Positions 1 to 8,800 of a DNA stretch of 64,000 nucleotides are shown here, in pieces. Each line of letters opens with the position of its first letter. Position 1 is the stretch's first letter. The notes beneath the pieces are model-generated. The model was given only the letters and a program-made list of their open reading frames with translations, was not told the origin of the DNA and did no database searches. The DNA is from Akkermansia sp. (GTDB lineage Bacteria > Verrucomicrobiota > Verrucomicrobiia > Verrucomicrobiales > Akkermansiaceae): the NCBI GenBank assembly GCA_045636905.1, contig JAZTYL010000032.1:20781-84780 (forward strand), read 5' to 3'. Made by a program: the position numbers and the translations under genes.

Positions 1-1026
1 CCAAATACCCTCACCATCCGCATCGGTGAGTGTACCGCTTTGATATTTAGTAAGCGCCTTTTGGACGGTCATCAGCTCCTCGTCTGTGGGCAGTTCAAAA
101 CGGCAACTGTGAGTAAAATTCTCCTTGATGGCTATCGTGTTGGCATTGGCGGTTTTGTCCTTAGCGATTTTTGTACTCCATCTGGCAAAGTAGCCGTCAT
201 TCGTACCGCGAGTACCTTGCTTCATATTATCGATGGCCAGCATCGGCAATGTTGCAGTAAAATTTTTTGACTGCTTTGCACTACAGCAGATAAAGAAGTA
301 AAAACCATTACGAGCAGACAAATCGGTTTGCAGCATACTCAGAATTTGCTTTTGGACATCTGACTGTTCTCCGTTGTTATCGTAAAGATCATTCCAGTCT
401 GCAATATATATAATATGTATGGGATGAGAATCTGCAGCGTATGAATTTTCCCCCATGTCGCAACGCCAGGTCACCGCATCAACCGGTTCGTTTGCAATCT
501 GGTGCCGGCATTTGTTTAACAGTTGTGTGATTCCTTCCTTGTCCACGATAATCGGCGCCATGGTCTGGTGTGGAATCAAGGTCATATCTTTACCCAACCC
601 TTTGGGGTCTACTTTATGGATTAAGATATTGTTTTGTTCTGCCTGTAAAACTATACGCAGTAGCATGCTGCTGCCTATTTTTCGTACGATATCCATGGGG
701 GCGGTGTCGCCGTCCTTGTCTATGTCGTCGCTATGTAAAACGATGCCACGGTACGAACTCCAGTCAAAAAGCAGCGGAATCTGGATATTTTTCGGGGAAT
801 TGTTGAGTTTGAAAATGCTTCCGGTTTGTGCATTGTCGTCCATGTACCCGAGGCGGACATGGTGTGGAAATTGTTTGTTATCCTGAGACCGAGCGTTGAA
901 GATAGTTTCAATGTTTGCGGCAATATCATTCCAGGGGGCGCAACTGAAAGCTTCTTCCGGCCAGGTTTTGGAAAAATTATTGCTGATTTTCTCCAGGAGA
1001 GAATTGTATATGTGGTGATAAATCAT
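1..1026 (-). CDS. Partial ORF (3' end off window), probable FtsK/SpoIIIE (EccC-like) ATPase, N-terminal region
   Basis: Hand translation, not in ORF track: ATG at 1026, 342 codons with no stop to base 1 (MIYHHIYNSLL...IPLLFDW...MLLRIVLQ...LIHKVDPKGLGKD...IHIIYIADW...GFYFFIC...DGEGIW). Starts 3 nt after the upstream stop. The hhhDPxGLG strand resembles degenerate ATPase-like domains of WXG100-associated FtsK proteins. No Walker A inside the window. Confidence 0.6.
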   Translation of the reverse strand, partial: MIYHHIYNSLLEKISNNFSKTWPEEAFSCAPWNDIAANIETIFNARSQDNKQFPHHVRLGYMDDNAQTGSIFKLNNSPKNIQIPLLFDWSSYRGIVLHSDDIDKDGDTAPMDIVRKIGSSMLLRIVLQAEQNNILIHKVDPKGLGKDMTLIPHQTMAPIIVDKEGITQLLNKCRHQIANEPVDAVTWRCDMGENSYAADSHPIHIIYIADWNDLYDNNGEQSDVQKQILSMLQTDLSARNGFYFFICCSAKQSKNFTATLPMLAIDNMKQGTRGTNDGYFARWSTKIAKDKTANANTIAIKENFTHSCRFELPTDEELMTVQKALTKYQSGTLTDADGEGIW

Positions 1027-1029
1027 ATA

Positions 1030-2388
1030 TTAAAAGGAAGCAAATGTTTTAAAGATGACATCGTACGCCGCTATTAATGTACTGATGGGGTTGGAGAAGT
1101 TCCCCAGGAGTAATGCCACGAAATATGCATACAAAAGAGCAAGTATAGGACGAATAGCCGATATAAGTATGATGGGTTTGAGTTGTGCGCTCGCAAAGCC
1201 GATTCCTAAGTAGCACACCATCAATATTAACACAATCGGGAGGCAGGCAATACCCCACCAGGAAAGAATATCGAATGCTACGAGTATAAAGAACAAAGCG
1301 AACAGGACAACAGTGATGAGGATGATGACTGCTCTCAAGTCTGCGAGCGCTAATGCTGCAAGGCCTATAACGGCAAGGACAATCCAGCCTAATATTTTAA
1401 CAAAGCTTTGCAAGGCTTCCATCTCTGCAAATGATGTCGAGTACATGACAAATGCAGGAACTGCAAGCAAGGGTAGCCAAAGGAAATCACTAAGCGCGGA
1501 ACATATGCAGTACGCAGGAGTTGTTACGGATTCCTTGTTCGCAAGTTCGGCTGACTCTATGAGTAACAGACGCCCGGCATAGACTCCGATACACCCCAGG
1601 GCGACGATTGTCATTTCTATGTTGGCGCTCAAGCTGCTTCTGTTGCAGAAGCCCAAGATAATCAAAATCACGAGAGCTAAAACCCATACACCGCTCTGGA
1701 TGTATTGAGAGTACGAGAAAATCGCGCGACAGGTGTTTCTTTTGGCTTGTTCCTTTGCTTCACAGCGTTCTATTTCGGCCCTTATCGCAGCTTCACGGCG
1801 TTCTTTCTCGGCTTGTTCCTTTGCACGGCGACGTTCCAGAGCTTCTTGTTCGGCTTTAGCCTTTTCTTCTCTCTGTCTCCACTCTTCCTCCAACGCTTCC
1901 TTGTGGTTGCGTATCAGCTCAAGAGTTACGCTACAACTATTCTTATGAAACTCAACAGCTTCATATGCGGCTTGTTCATCCTCCTCGTCGACCATGAGGG
2001 CAGGGTCATTAAGGTCGGCAAATTTGTTGACCAGACACAATCTGATATCATTTTCCGTTGCATTGAAAATGTCCAGCGTTTGGTCATCTACTTCTACCCA
2101 GTCCTCTAATGTTTTGCAGTCCGGCAGAAGCAGCGCGATAGCCTCGCCGGAACCGGCCTCGGCAGCTTCTTCAAGTAGCTGCATCGCTTTTTCTGAATTA
2201 CCTCTTAATTCAGCAATGAGAGATAGCAGATAGAGCGCCTCTCCGGAATCTCCTGCTTTCTGCAGTTCTTTTTCTGCCTGGTTGTATTCCCCCTGCGCAA
2301 TCAACAGACCTACCTCTGTTTTTTGCCATGCATTGCTTTGCTGAATAATATATTGAGTATATTCTTTGGTGTTCAGATATCTACTCAT
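1030..2388 (-). CDS. Sel1/TPR-like repeat + coiled-coil + multi-pass membrane protein
   Basis: N-terminal ALYLLSLIAELRGNSEKAMQLLEEAAEAGSGEA (Sel1-like), E/R/K-rich coiled coil, then about 6-7 hydrophobic segments in the C-terminal half. Confidence 0.65.
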   Translation of the reverse strand: MSRYLNTKEYTQYIIQQSNAWQKTEVGLLIAQGEYNQAEKELQKAGDSGEALYLLSLIAELRGNSEKAMQLLEEAAEAGSGEAIALLLPDCKTLEDWVEVDDQTLDIFNATENDIRLCLVNKFADLNDPALMVDEEDEQAAYEAVEFHKNSCSVTLELIRNHKEALEEEWRQREEKAKAEQEALERRRAKEQAEKERREAAIRAEIERCEAKEQAKRNTCRAIFSYSQYIQSGVWVLALVILIILGFCNRSSLSANIEMTIVALGCIGVYAGRLLLIESAELANKESVTTPAYCICSALSDFLWLPLLAVPAFVMYSTSFAEMEALQSFVKILGWIVLAVIGLAALALADLRAVIILITVVLFALFFILVAFDILSWWGIACLPIVLILMVCYLGIGFASAQLKPIILISAIRPILALLYAYFVALLLGNFSNPISTLIAAYDVIFKTFASF

Positions 2389-2421
2389 GATTTGTATATG
2401 TAAAAATTTAACTATAACTCC

Positions 2422-3282
2422 TTAATCTCTTTGCCAGCTCGCGTTGTGGCAGCCTTCTGCAGCAGCTATATCAAACAATGTTTTTGCTGTTTCTTTATCC
2501 ATATTAGCGACCTGCACGATGCTGTATCCCTCACTGGTACCATTGTCGGAGAAGAACTTGATGATGCTCTGTTGCTGATACAAAAGCTGTCCGGCTATGT
2601 ATTTGTGCAATGCACTCTGATGAATGTTTTCCAAAGCATTCACACGCCTTGCGTAGCTGCGCTCCATTCTGACCATGTCGCAATATTCCGTCCATTCACG
2701 GTCTGTTGCATATACGTTCTTTTGCTTTGCAGTGAGGAGATTTTCAGCAGAGAAGTTCATTTCCGAAGCTTTGATTCTGCTTTTGGCTGTGGAGTATTTG
2801 AGCAGCCAGCCGACTTCCTTATAGAGAGATGAAACGTGTTCATTAGCAAATCTGATGAAACGATTCAGCTGGTCTATTTCCTCTTGTGATGTCGGGTCAG
2901 CCTGCCCACAGGCGAATCCTGTACACGGGCAGTGATTTGCCAAGGCTACTGCCTTAGCATTAATGGCACTTATATTACCAAGATTGACAGCGTAATCAAT
3001 AATGTACTGTACCTGGCCGGGAAACTCATCCCACTGATCCGGGAATTGAGTCGGGAAAACGATTTTTTTCAAAAAGCTTTCAAGCTCAGCTGCAGAAACT
3101 GCTGGTGTCGGTTCTCCCGGTACAAGAGCCATTACAGTTTTATAATATTTTGCCGCGGCTTTATGATTTTTTGTTAAAATGGCGAGTTGATATAGAATGG
3201 TGTAATGCCAAAACTTTTCATTATAATCTTTGAAATACAGTATATAATTGATGGCACTCGCTAATGATAATTGCTTCGACAT
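2422..3282 (-). CDS. Hypothetical protein with TPR/Sel1-like helices
   Basis: 286-aa ORF in operon; KNHKAAAKYYKTVMAL and DKETAKTLFDIAAAEGCHNA resemble TPR/Sel1 units. Confidence 0.55.
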   Translation of the reverse strand: MSKQLSLASAINYILYFKDYNEKFWHYTILYQLAILTKNHKAAAKYYKTVMALVPGEPTPAVSAAELESFLKKIVFPTQFPDQWDEFPGQVQYIIDYAVNLGNISAINAKAVALANHCPCTGFACGQADPTSQEEIDQLNRFIRFANEHVSSLYKEVGWLLKYSTAKSRIKASEMNFSAENLLTAKQKNVYATDREWTEYCDMVRMERSYARRVNALENIHQSALHKYIAGQLLYQQQSIIKFFSDNGTSEGYSIVQVANMDKETAKTLFDIAAAEGCHNASWQRD

Positions 3283-3305
3283 ATGACTCAGGAAATGGAG
3301 AGGTG

Positions 3306-3599
3306 TTATCTCAAATTGCTCATGCGGATACCCTGTGCACGTTCAGCCTCCTCCTGCATGATAGCATACTTATGGAGAAATCTGCTCATTTTGGAGAAGT
3401 TGTCCATATGCAAGAGAAGCTGTTGGGCGGTCATGGATGCTTGTTGTATGAACTGTTCCGCTCTCGGATCTTTCCAGTTTTGTATATTTTGAACTTTACT
3501 GTTCATATTGCTGACAATGTTTTTCATAATCTCGTTCCAGCTGTTCATCTGGTTCGCGACATGTCTGAGATTGTCTGTGGTGATTTTTACTTGAGCCAT
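3306..3599 (-). CDS. WXG100/ESAT-6-like protein (WxD variant)
   Basis: 97 aa, MAQVKITTDNLRHVANQM start, amphipathic helix-turn-helix with central NWKDPRAEQF. Confidence 0.75.
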   Translation of the reverse strand: MAQVKITTDNLRHVANQMNSWNEIMKNIVSNMNSKVQNIQNWKDPRAEQFIQQASMTAQQLLLHMDNFSKMSRFLHKYAIMQEEAERAQGIRMSNLR

Positions 3600-3620
3600 G
3601 GTCAGGAAGTGGTGGTGAGG

Positions 3621-3914
3621 TTATCGGATGCTGTTGATTTGAGAGCGGAAGTGCGAGTTCATGGATCTTTGCTGTTCAGCATAGATTCTGAGGCTGTTGC
3701 CCATTGCATCCAAGTTTCTTATATAGCTTTCCAGCTGTTGGGAGGTGGTTTCTATTGCCTGCAGAAACATGTAGAACTGAGGGTCTTTCCAGCCGTCCAT
3801 TGTTCTTATTTGGTTGCAAAGTCTTTGATTAAGGCTTCGAAGATCCTCTTCCCAGTTTTGCATGAGATTGGAAAGCGTCATTAAATCGTCTGAAGTCAAA
3901 TTAATGCGTGCCAT
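3621..3914 (-). CDS. WXG100/ESAT-6-like protein (WxD variant)
   Basis: 97 aa, MARINLTSDDLMTLSNLM start, central GWKDPQFYMF; paralog of the adjacent ORF with W in the same register. Confidence 0.75.
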   Translation of the reverse strand: MARINLTSDDLMTLSNLMQNWEEDLRSLNQRLCNQIRTMDGWKDPQFYMFLQAIETTSQQLESYIRNLDAMGNSLRIYAEQQRSMNSHFRSQINSIR

Positions 3915-4049
3915 TGTTAACAGAGTTTTGAGATGTTAAATCGAGAATAAAATGGGAGCCTGTCTTTTTCTGTCAGAAAGGTGCAAACTGCGGCCTGTAA
4001 GTGTAAGAAAACGTGCGAGATAAGCAGAGAGAGAATATGCTGCGTTTAT

Positions 4050-4078
4050 CTTATACGTTTTCAGCTACAGAAAGTCAA
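4050..4078 (-). promoter_or_regulatory. sigma70-type promoter of the WXG100 operon
   Basis: Minus strand TTGACT-17 nt-TATAAG, about 135 nt upstream of the first WXG100 ATG. Confidence 0.6.
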
Positions 4079-4142
4079 GCTCAATTTCTTATGAGGCCGA
4101 AGTTTGAGAGTGGCAAAATTAAATTCGCCACCATGAGGGCAC

Positions 4143-4168
4143 AAAAAACCTCCCCGAAGTCGGGGAGG
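4143..4168 (-). terminator. Intrinsic terminator of fabG
   Basis: CCTCCCCG-aagt-CGGGGAGG hairpin followed by a U-run on the minus strand. Confidence 0.8.
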
Positions 4169-4194
4169 CTTTGCAGAAAACTGATTTCTTGTCA

Positions 4195-4941
4195 TCACAT
4201 CACCATGCCGCCGTCGCATACCAGCACCTGGCCGGTCATGTAGCGGGACTCGTCGGAGGCGAGGAAGAGGGCGCAGTTGGCGATATCCTCCGGCTTGCCG
4301 AGATCCTTCATGGGGATGCGGGAGAGGATGGCCTCCTTGGCGGCCTCGGGGATGGCATCCGTCATGTCCGTGGCGATGAAACCGGGAGCAATGGCGTTGC
4401 AGGTGACCTTGCGGCTGGCGAGTTCCTGAGCCATGGATTTGGTGAAGCCGATGACGCCTGCCTTGGAGGCGGCGTAGTTGGCCTGGCCCAGGTTGCCGGT
4501 GAGGCCCACCACGGAAGCCATGTTGATGATACGCCCGGCGGGGCTCTTCATGAGCGTGCGCTGCAGGGCCTTCACAAAGAGGAATACGCTCTTGAGGTTG
4601 GTGTCCATCACGGCATCCCAATCGCCCTCCTTCATGCGCATGAGCAGGGTGTCGCGGGTAATGCCGGCGTTGTTCACCAGAATATCCACGGCGGGGTACT
4701 CAGCGAGAATTTCCTTGACGCAGGCCTCCACAGCGGCGGCGTCGGCCACGTCGCAGGGGAAAGCCTTGCAGCTGTCGGGGAATTCGGCGTTGATGGCATC
4801 CGCCGCAGCACCGCAGGAGGCGGGGTTGCGCGAAATAAGCACTACCTTGGCGCCCTCCTCTGCAAATCGGCGGGCTACCGCATTGCCGATACCGCGACCG
4901 GCGCCTGTTACAATAGCAGTTTTTCCTGCGAGTCTCTTCAT
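4195..4941 (-). CDS. fabG: 3-oxoacyl-ACP reductase
   Basis: SDR motifs TGAGRGIG, NNAGITRD, GQANYAASK, APGFIATDMT. Confidence 0.92.
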   Translation of the reverse strand: MKRLAGKTAIVTGAGRGIGNAVARRFAEEGAKVVLISRNPASCGAAADAINAEFPDSCKAFPCDVADAAAVEACVKEILAEYPAVDILVNNAGITRDTLLMRMKEGDWDAVMDTNLKSVFLFVKALQRTLMKSPAGRIINMASVVGLTGNLGQANYAASKAGVIGFTKSMAQELASRKVTCNAIAPGFIATDMTDAIPEAAKEAILSRIPMKDLGKPEDIANCALFLASDESRYMTGQVLVCDGGMVM

Positions 4942-5023
4942 AACGTCATTATTCTAGCTTAGAGTTTACTCTAATGCAAGCAAAAAAGGTGAAATCGTCT
5001 TGCTTCTGTTTTGTGGCTGAGTG

Positions 5024-6505
5024 TTATTTTGCGGGGGTATAGGGTACAGCGGGCAGGCCGTGTTCGTTCACCAGATTCGGCTCCAGGTAGGTGTACCAGC
5101 CGTAGCGTACGTGGGTGGGCTTTTTCACCTGCGGGGAGGAGAGCACGACAGAGCCGCCCTTGATTTCTGCCTCGGCCGGGTAGAAGGTCTGCCCGTCTTC
5201 CGACACTTCGAAGCCGACCGGAGCCTTGCCGTCGGTGGTGCGGAGTCCCTTGTCATGGCCCATGTAGACACGCAGTTTCTTGCCCTGCGGCACGACTTTG
5301 GCCACGACCGGGCCGGTGCAGGGAACCTTTTTGCCGTATACTTTGGCGGCGGCAAGGTCTGCCAGGCGCGTACCCACCTCCAGCTTGCGCGGGGGGTGTA
5401 CATCGCTGTTGCGGGAGCCGAGGTCAATGGTGGTGAGGGAGTACACGCCGGGGATTTTATAAGCTGCGCGCTGCTGTACGGCGCGGAACTCGGGCCAGTA
5501 GGCGCGCAGGGGAGATTTGTCGTTGATGCGGGGCAGCTGCACCTGCAGGAAGGGGAGTTTGGGATTTCCGAAGGCGCTGCGCCAGCCCTCGATGAGGTCG
5601 CTGAGCAGGGCGTAGTTCTGCTCCATGTCCTGAATTTCGGCATCGCTCTCGCCCTGGTACCAGATGACACCGGCTACGGGGAAGTTCTGCCAGGGGCGGA
5701 TGCCGGTCTCGAAGAGGTAGGCGGGCTTGTAGGGGTGCGGGGCGTTGAGGTCCTTGCCGATGTTCTGGCGGGCGCGGCCGCGTACCCAGGCGGACATGTA
5801 CTTGCTCTGCAGCCACTGCTCGGTGGTGCATTCGGGGTACTTGCTCTGCAGTACTTCCGTGGGCATCCAGGCCATCATCTCCGAGCCGCCTAGTGCCGCG
5901 TGGATGACGCCCACAGGCACGCCGAGGTGCTTCTGCAGCTCGCGGCCGAAGTAGTAGCCCACGGCGCTCATGCGCGGGCGTGTCTGCTGCGTGTTGCAGC
6001 TCCAGCTGCCGGTGTACATTTCATTGGCATTGAGGATGTTTTTCTCTCTTTCCTTGTAGGCGGCGGGGCTGGTGTGGACCTGCGGTTCGGAGTGCCGGAA
6101 GCGGAAGAGCGGTGTGGGGGCTTCGCGAAGGGTGTTGGTGTCGCCGGTCTGGTTCAGGCGCCAGAGCATGTTGCTCTGGCCGGAGGCAATCCATACCTCG
6201 CCCACCAGCACATCGTTGAGCACCAGTGTGTCGCTGCCCTGGGTGATGGTGAGCGGCTGCCCCTTGGCGTTGGCTTTCATGGGGGCGAGTGTGGCGGTCC
6301 AGCGGCCATCCTGCACGGTGGCCTGCACAGTCTGGCCGTCGAAGCTCACCGTCACGGGTTCTGTGGAATCGCAGCTGCCGCACACGGGGACGTTCTGCCC
6401 CTGCTGCAGCACCATGTGATCCGCGTAAATCTTATCTGTGGAGATACCGGCCAGGGCGCATGCCGGAGCCAGTGCCAGAAGTGTGTAGAGGAATGTTGTT
6501 TTCAT
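5024..6505 (-). CDS. Secreted sialate O-acetylesterase (SASA/SGNH)
   Basis: Signal peptide; MVLQQ, VGEVWIASGQSNM, VIWYQGESD, DVHP motifs. Confidence 0.88.
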   Translation of the reverse strand: MKTTFLYTLLALAPACALAGISTDKIYADHMVLQQGQNVPVCGSCDSTEPVTVSFDGQTVQATVQDGRWTATLAPMKANAKGQPLTITQGSDTLVLNDVLVGEVWIASGQSNMLWRLNQTGDTNTLREAPTPLFRFRHSEPQVHTSPAAYKEREKNILNANEMYTGSWSCNTQQTRPRMSAVGYYFGRELQKHLGVPVGVIHAALGGSEMMAWMPTEVLQSKYPECTTEQWLQSKYMSAWVRGRARQNIGKDLNAPHPYKPAYLFETGIRPWQNFPVAGVIWYQGESDAEIQDMEQNYALLSDLIEGWRSAFGNPKLPFLQVQLPRINDKSPLRAYWPEFRAVQQRAAYKIPGVYSLTTIDLGSRNSDVHPPRKLEVGTRLADLAAAKVYGKKVPCTGPVVAKVVPQGKKLRVYMGHDKGLRTTDGKAPVGFEVSEDGQTFYPAEAEIKGGSVVLSSPQVKKPTHVRYGWYTYLEPNLVNEHGLPAVPYTPAK

Positions 6506-6521
6506 TGTTGTCTGTAAAATA

Positions 6522-8561
6522 TTACTTGGTGGTATAGGCGTGTTCTGCGGAGTAGCGCAGGGTGGTAGCCGGTGCGGCGGGGGTGGGGGTCCAGCGCAGG
6601 GAACTCACGGTGCCGCCGTTGGCCGAGGCAGAAAGGCTGATACCGCTTTCCACACCTTGCTCCGGCCGGAGTCCCTGACCTACGAGCATATCCCCCACCC
6701 ACACATAATAGCCGGGCAGCACGTTGTGGGCGGCATGGCCGGGATGCCATGTGATGCGGATGGCACCCTGTTTCGCGGAGAGGTTGCCGCACCAGAGGGG
6801 TGTGTCTCCCCAGCAGAGGCAGCTCTCGCTGATGCGCAGGGTGCCGCCGTTCGTGCCATCGCCCACGGTGAGGCTCAGATGCTCCTCCGCCGGCTTCCAG
6901 CCGCCCTTGGCGCCGTTGCCGAATGTGGCTGTCATCTCTACGGAATATCCGCTTGCCGCAGTGAACTCACCGGCAGCCTTGCGAATGCCGACGCCTTTCT
7001 TCACCGAGCCGACTTTGGCGCTGCTCCAGGAATCCGAGGCGCTGCGCGGCAGTCCGGCGGTGCGGCCGCCTATACCCATGGCGCGGGCCAGATTACCGGC
7101 GATGATGAGGGAGCCCTGCTGGTTCGGGTGCAGGCCGTCTGCACCGGGGCGGTTGGACATGGAGTCCGGCCAGGTGAAGGGCGTGCTGAGCGCGCGGTCC
7201 ACCAGCCCATTGTTGATATCCACGAAATGAATCTTGAGCCCCTTCTTCTTGCTGATGGCGGCAGCCCACTGTTTCAACAGCGGGGCATAGGCCTGTATGG
7301 TCTCGTGGCGCTCGGCCTCGTTGTTGTTTCTGTGTCGGCCCCAGCACGGTACGCTCATGATGTAGAGCACATCGTCCGAGTCCCGCAGCACATCGGTGGC
7401 CAGCTTGCCCATGGTGCCCCAGTCGCTGCCCGGGCTCCAGGTGAATTTCTTGCCGCGTGTCGTTACCTTGCCGCCGAGCATACGCTGCATTTTGGCTGCG
7501 AATTCGGCGGGAGAATAACCGGCATCGGAGAGCAGGTCGTTGGTGCCCATGAGGCAGCACCAGGTGTTACAGTTGTAGCTGTCTGCCGAGCTGCCGGTGG
7601 AGTGTCCGCCGTAGTTCACGCCCGACATGCCCGCGTTGGAACCGGAGATGATGTTGTGCGTGCGACCGGAGGACTGGGCCAGGTGGACGTTCGGGAAGTC
7701 CACGCCGCCGTAGGTCTCTGCCTTATCTGCTGTGGTAAGCTGGCTGTAGCCGGGGGTGTAACCACTGCGGGGGCCTACGATTTCTGCCTCCACGCCGTTG
7801 TCCACCAGTATCTTGAAGAGCTGCCAGCGCCAGGTCTTGTCGTTGACGCCATGCGTGATGGAGTCCCCCAGGAACATCACGCGCCCCAGGCTCGGCTCCT
7901 CTGCGCCGCGCTTGCTGACAAAGGGGGCGGTGTAGTCCGGCGGCGGGGTGTAGGTAGAGGTATCCAGGGTGGAAGGGGTGAGAAGGTTGATGCCTGCGGT
8001 GTAGTTCAGATTCACGCGGTAGGCGCTGAGCTTTTTGTTGCTGCTCGCTCTCAGCGCCGGGGCTTTGTACAGCTGCTCTGCAGTGCCGTTTTCCGCCAGG
8101 GCTGCGATGGTGACACCGCTCTTGCTGCCGGCTGTAATGCGCAGTGTCACCTTGCCGGTGGCATCGGCATATTTCTGCAGCGTATCGTACTCTATACTGC
8201 CACCGTTGGGCCATATTTTACCGGCACACCAGCCCGTAATAGCCGGTTTGCGTGAACCGGTCGCTTCATTCGTGTCGGCTACGTCTGTCAGGCCGTAATC
8301 CATCACGTCTGCATCCCACAGCAGAAGCGGCGTTCCGCTCTTGTAGTCATTCGAGTTGGCGTAGCTCAGCATCGAGTTCAGGTCCAGAGTCAGCTCGACT
8401 GTGTTGTTCGCCGGGGATTGCACGGCAAAATTGCCCTTGCCATCGTATATTACATGGTTGGCGTCGTCGCAGAGTGCTTTCGAGAGCTCGTTGTATGTCG
8501 CCGCTCCTGCCGTTGGAAGTAAGCCGGCTGCCAAAGATGTCAGGAAAAGTGTTTTTCTCAT
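6522..8561 (-). CDS. Secreted SGNH/GDSL hydrolase with extra N- and C-terminal domains
   Basis: Signal peptide; FLGDSITHG (block I), MGTND (block III), DGLHPN (block V). Confidence 0.8.
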   Translation of the reverse strand: MRKTLFLTSLAAGLLPTAGAATYNELSKALCDDANHVIYDGKGNFAVQSPANNTVELTLDLNSMLSYANSNDYKSGTPLLLWDADVMDYGLTDVADTNEATGSRKPAITGWCAGKIWPNGGSIEYDTLQKYADATGKVTLRITAGSKSGVTIAALAENGTAEQLYKAPALRASSNKKLSAYRVNLNYTAGINLLTPSTLDTSTYTPPPDYTAPFVSKRGAEEPSLGRVMFLGDSITHGVNDKTWRWQLFKILVDNGVEAEIVGPRSGYTPGYSQLTTADKAETYGGVDFPNVHLAQSSGRTHNIISGSNAGMSGVNYGGHSTGSSADSYNCNTWCCLMGTNDLLSDAGYSPAEFAAKMQRMLGGKVTTRGKKFTWSPGSDWGTMGKLATDVLRDSDDVLYIMSVPCWGRHRNNNEAERHETIQAYAPLLKQWAAAISKKKGLKIHFVDINNGLVDRALSTPFTWPDSMSNRPGADGLHPNQQGSLIIAGNLARAMGIGGRTAGLPRSASDSWSSAKVGSVKKGVGIRKAAGEFTAASGYSVEMTATFGNGAKGGWKPAEEHLSLTVGDGTNGGTLRISESCLCWGDTPLWCGNLSAKQGAIRITWHPGHAAHNVLPGYYVWVGDMLVGQGLRPEQGVESGISLSASANGGTVSSLRWTPTPAAPATTLRYSAEHAYTTK

Positions 8562-8672
8562 GGTGAATCCCTCCTTTCTCGTATACTAGCACAAGTAAAG
8601 GCCGGCTGGCAAGCAAATCTCTACCATTTCGGCCAGGAAACCAAAAAAAGCCGCCAAACGCGGCGCGGGCGA

Positions 8673-8700
8673 TTGACAAACGGTGCATTTGTAGTAAAAT
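8673..8700 (+). promoter_or_regulatory. sigma70-type promoter of RND operon
   Basis: TTGACA-16 nt-TAAAAT, 100 nt before the ATG at 8801. Confidence 0.6.
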
Positions 8701-8800
8701 GACTCTGGATACGATATGCGCGTCCGCTACAGCTGTGTACCGGCGCCCGGTGAGACATACGAGCCGTTTTTCTGAATATATTTTCTCATTTTACACGTCG

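Noticed and set aside
3915-4194. Integration site or mobile-element end for the AT-rich locus
   Set aside because: No tRNA, integrase, transposase or direct repeat is visible; only a compositional shift.
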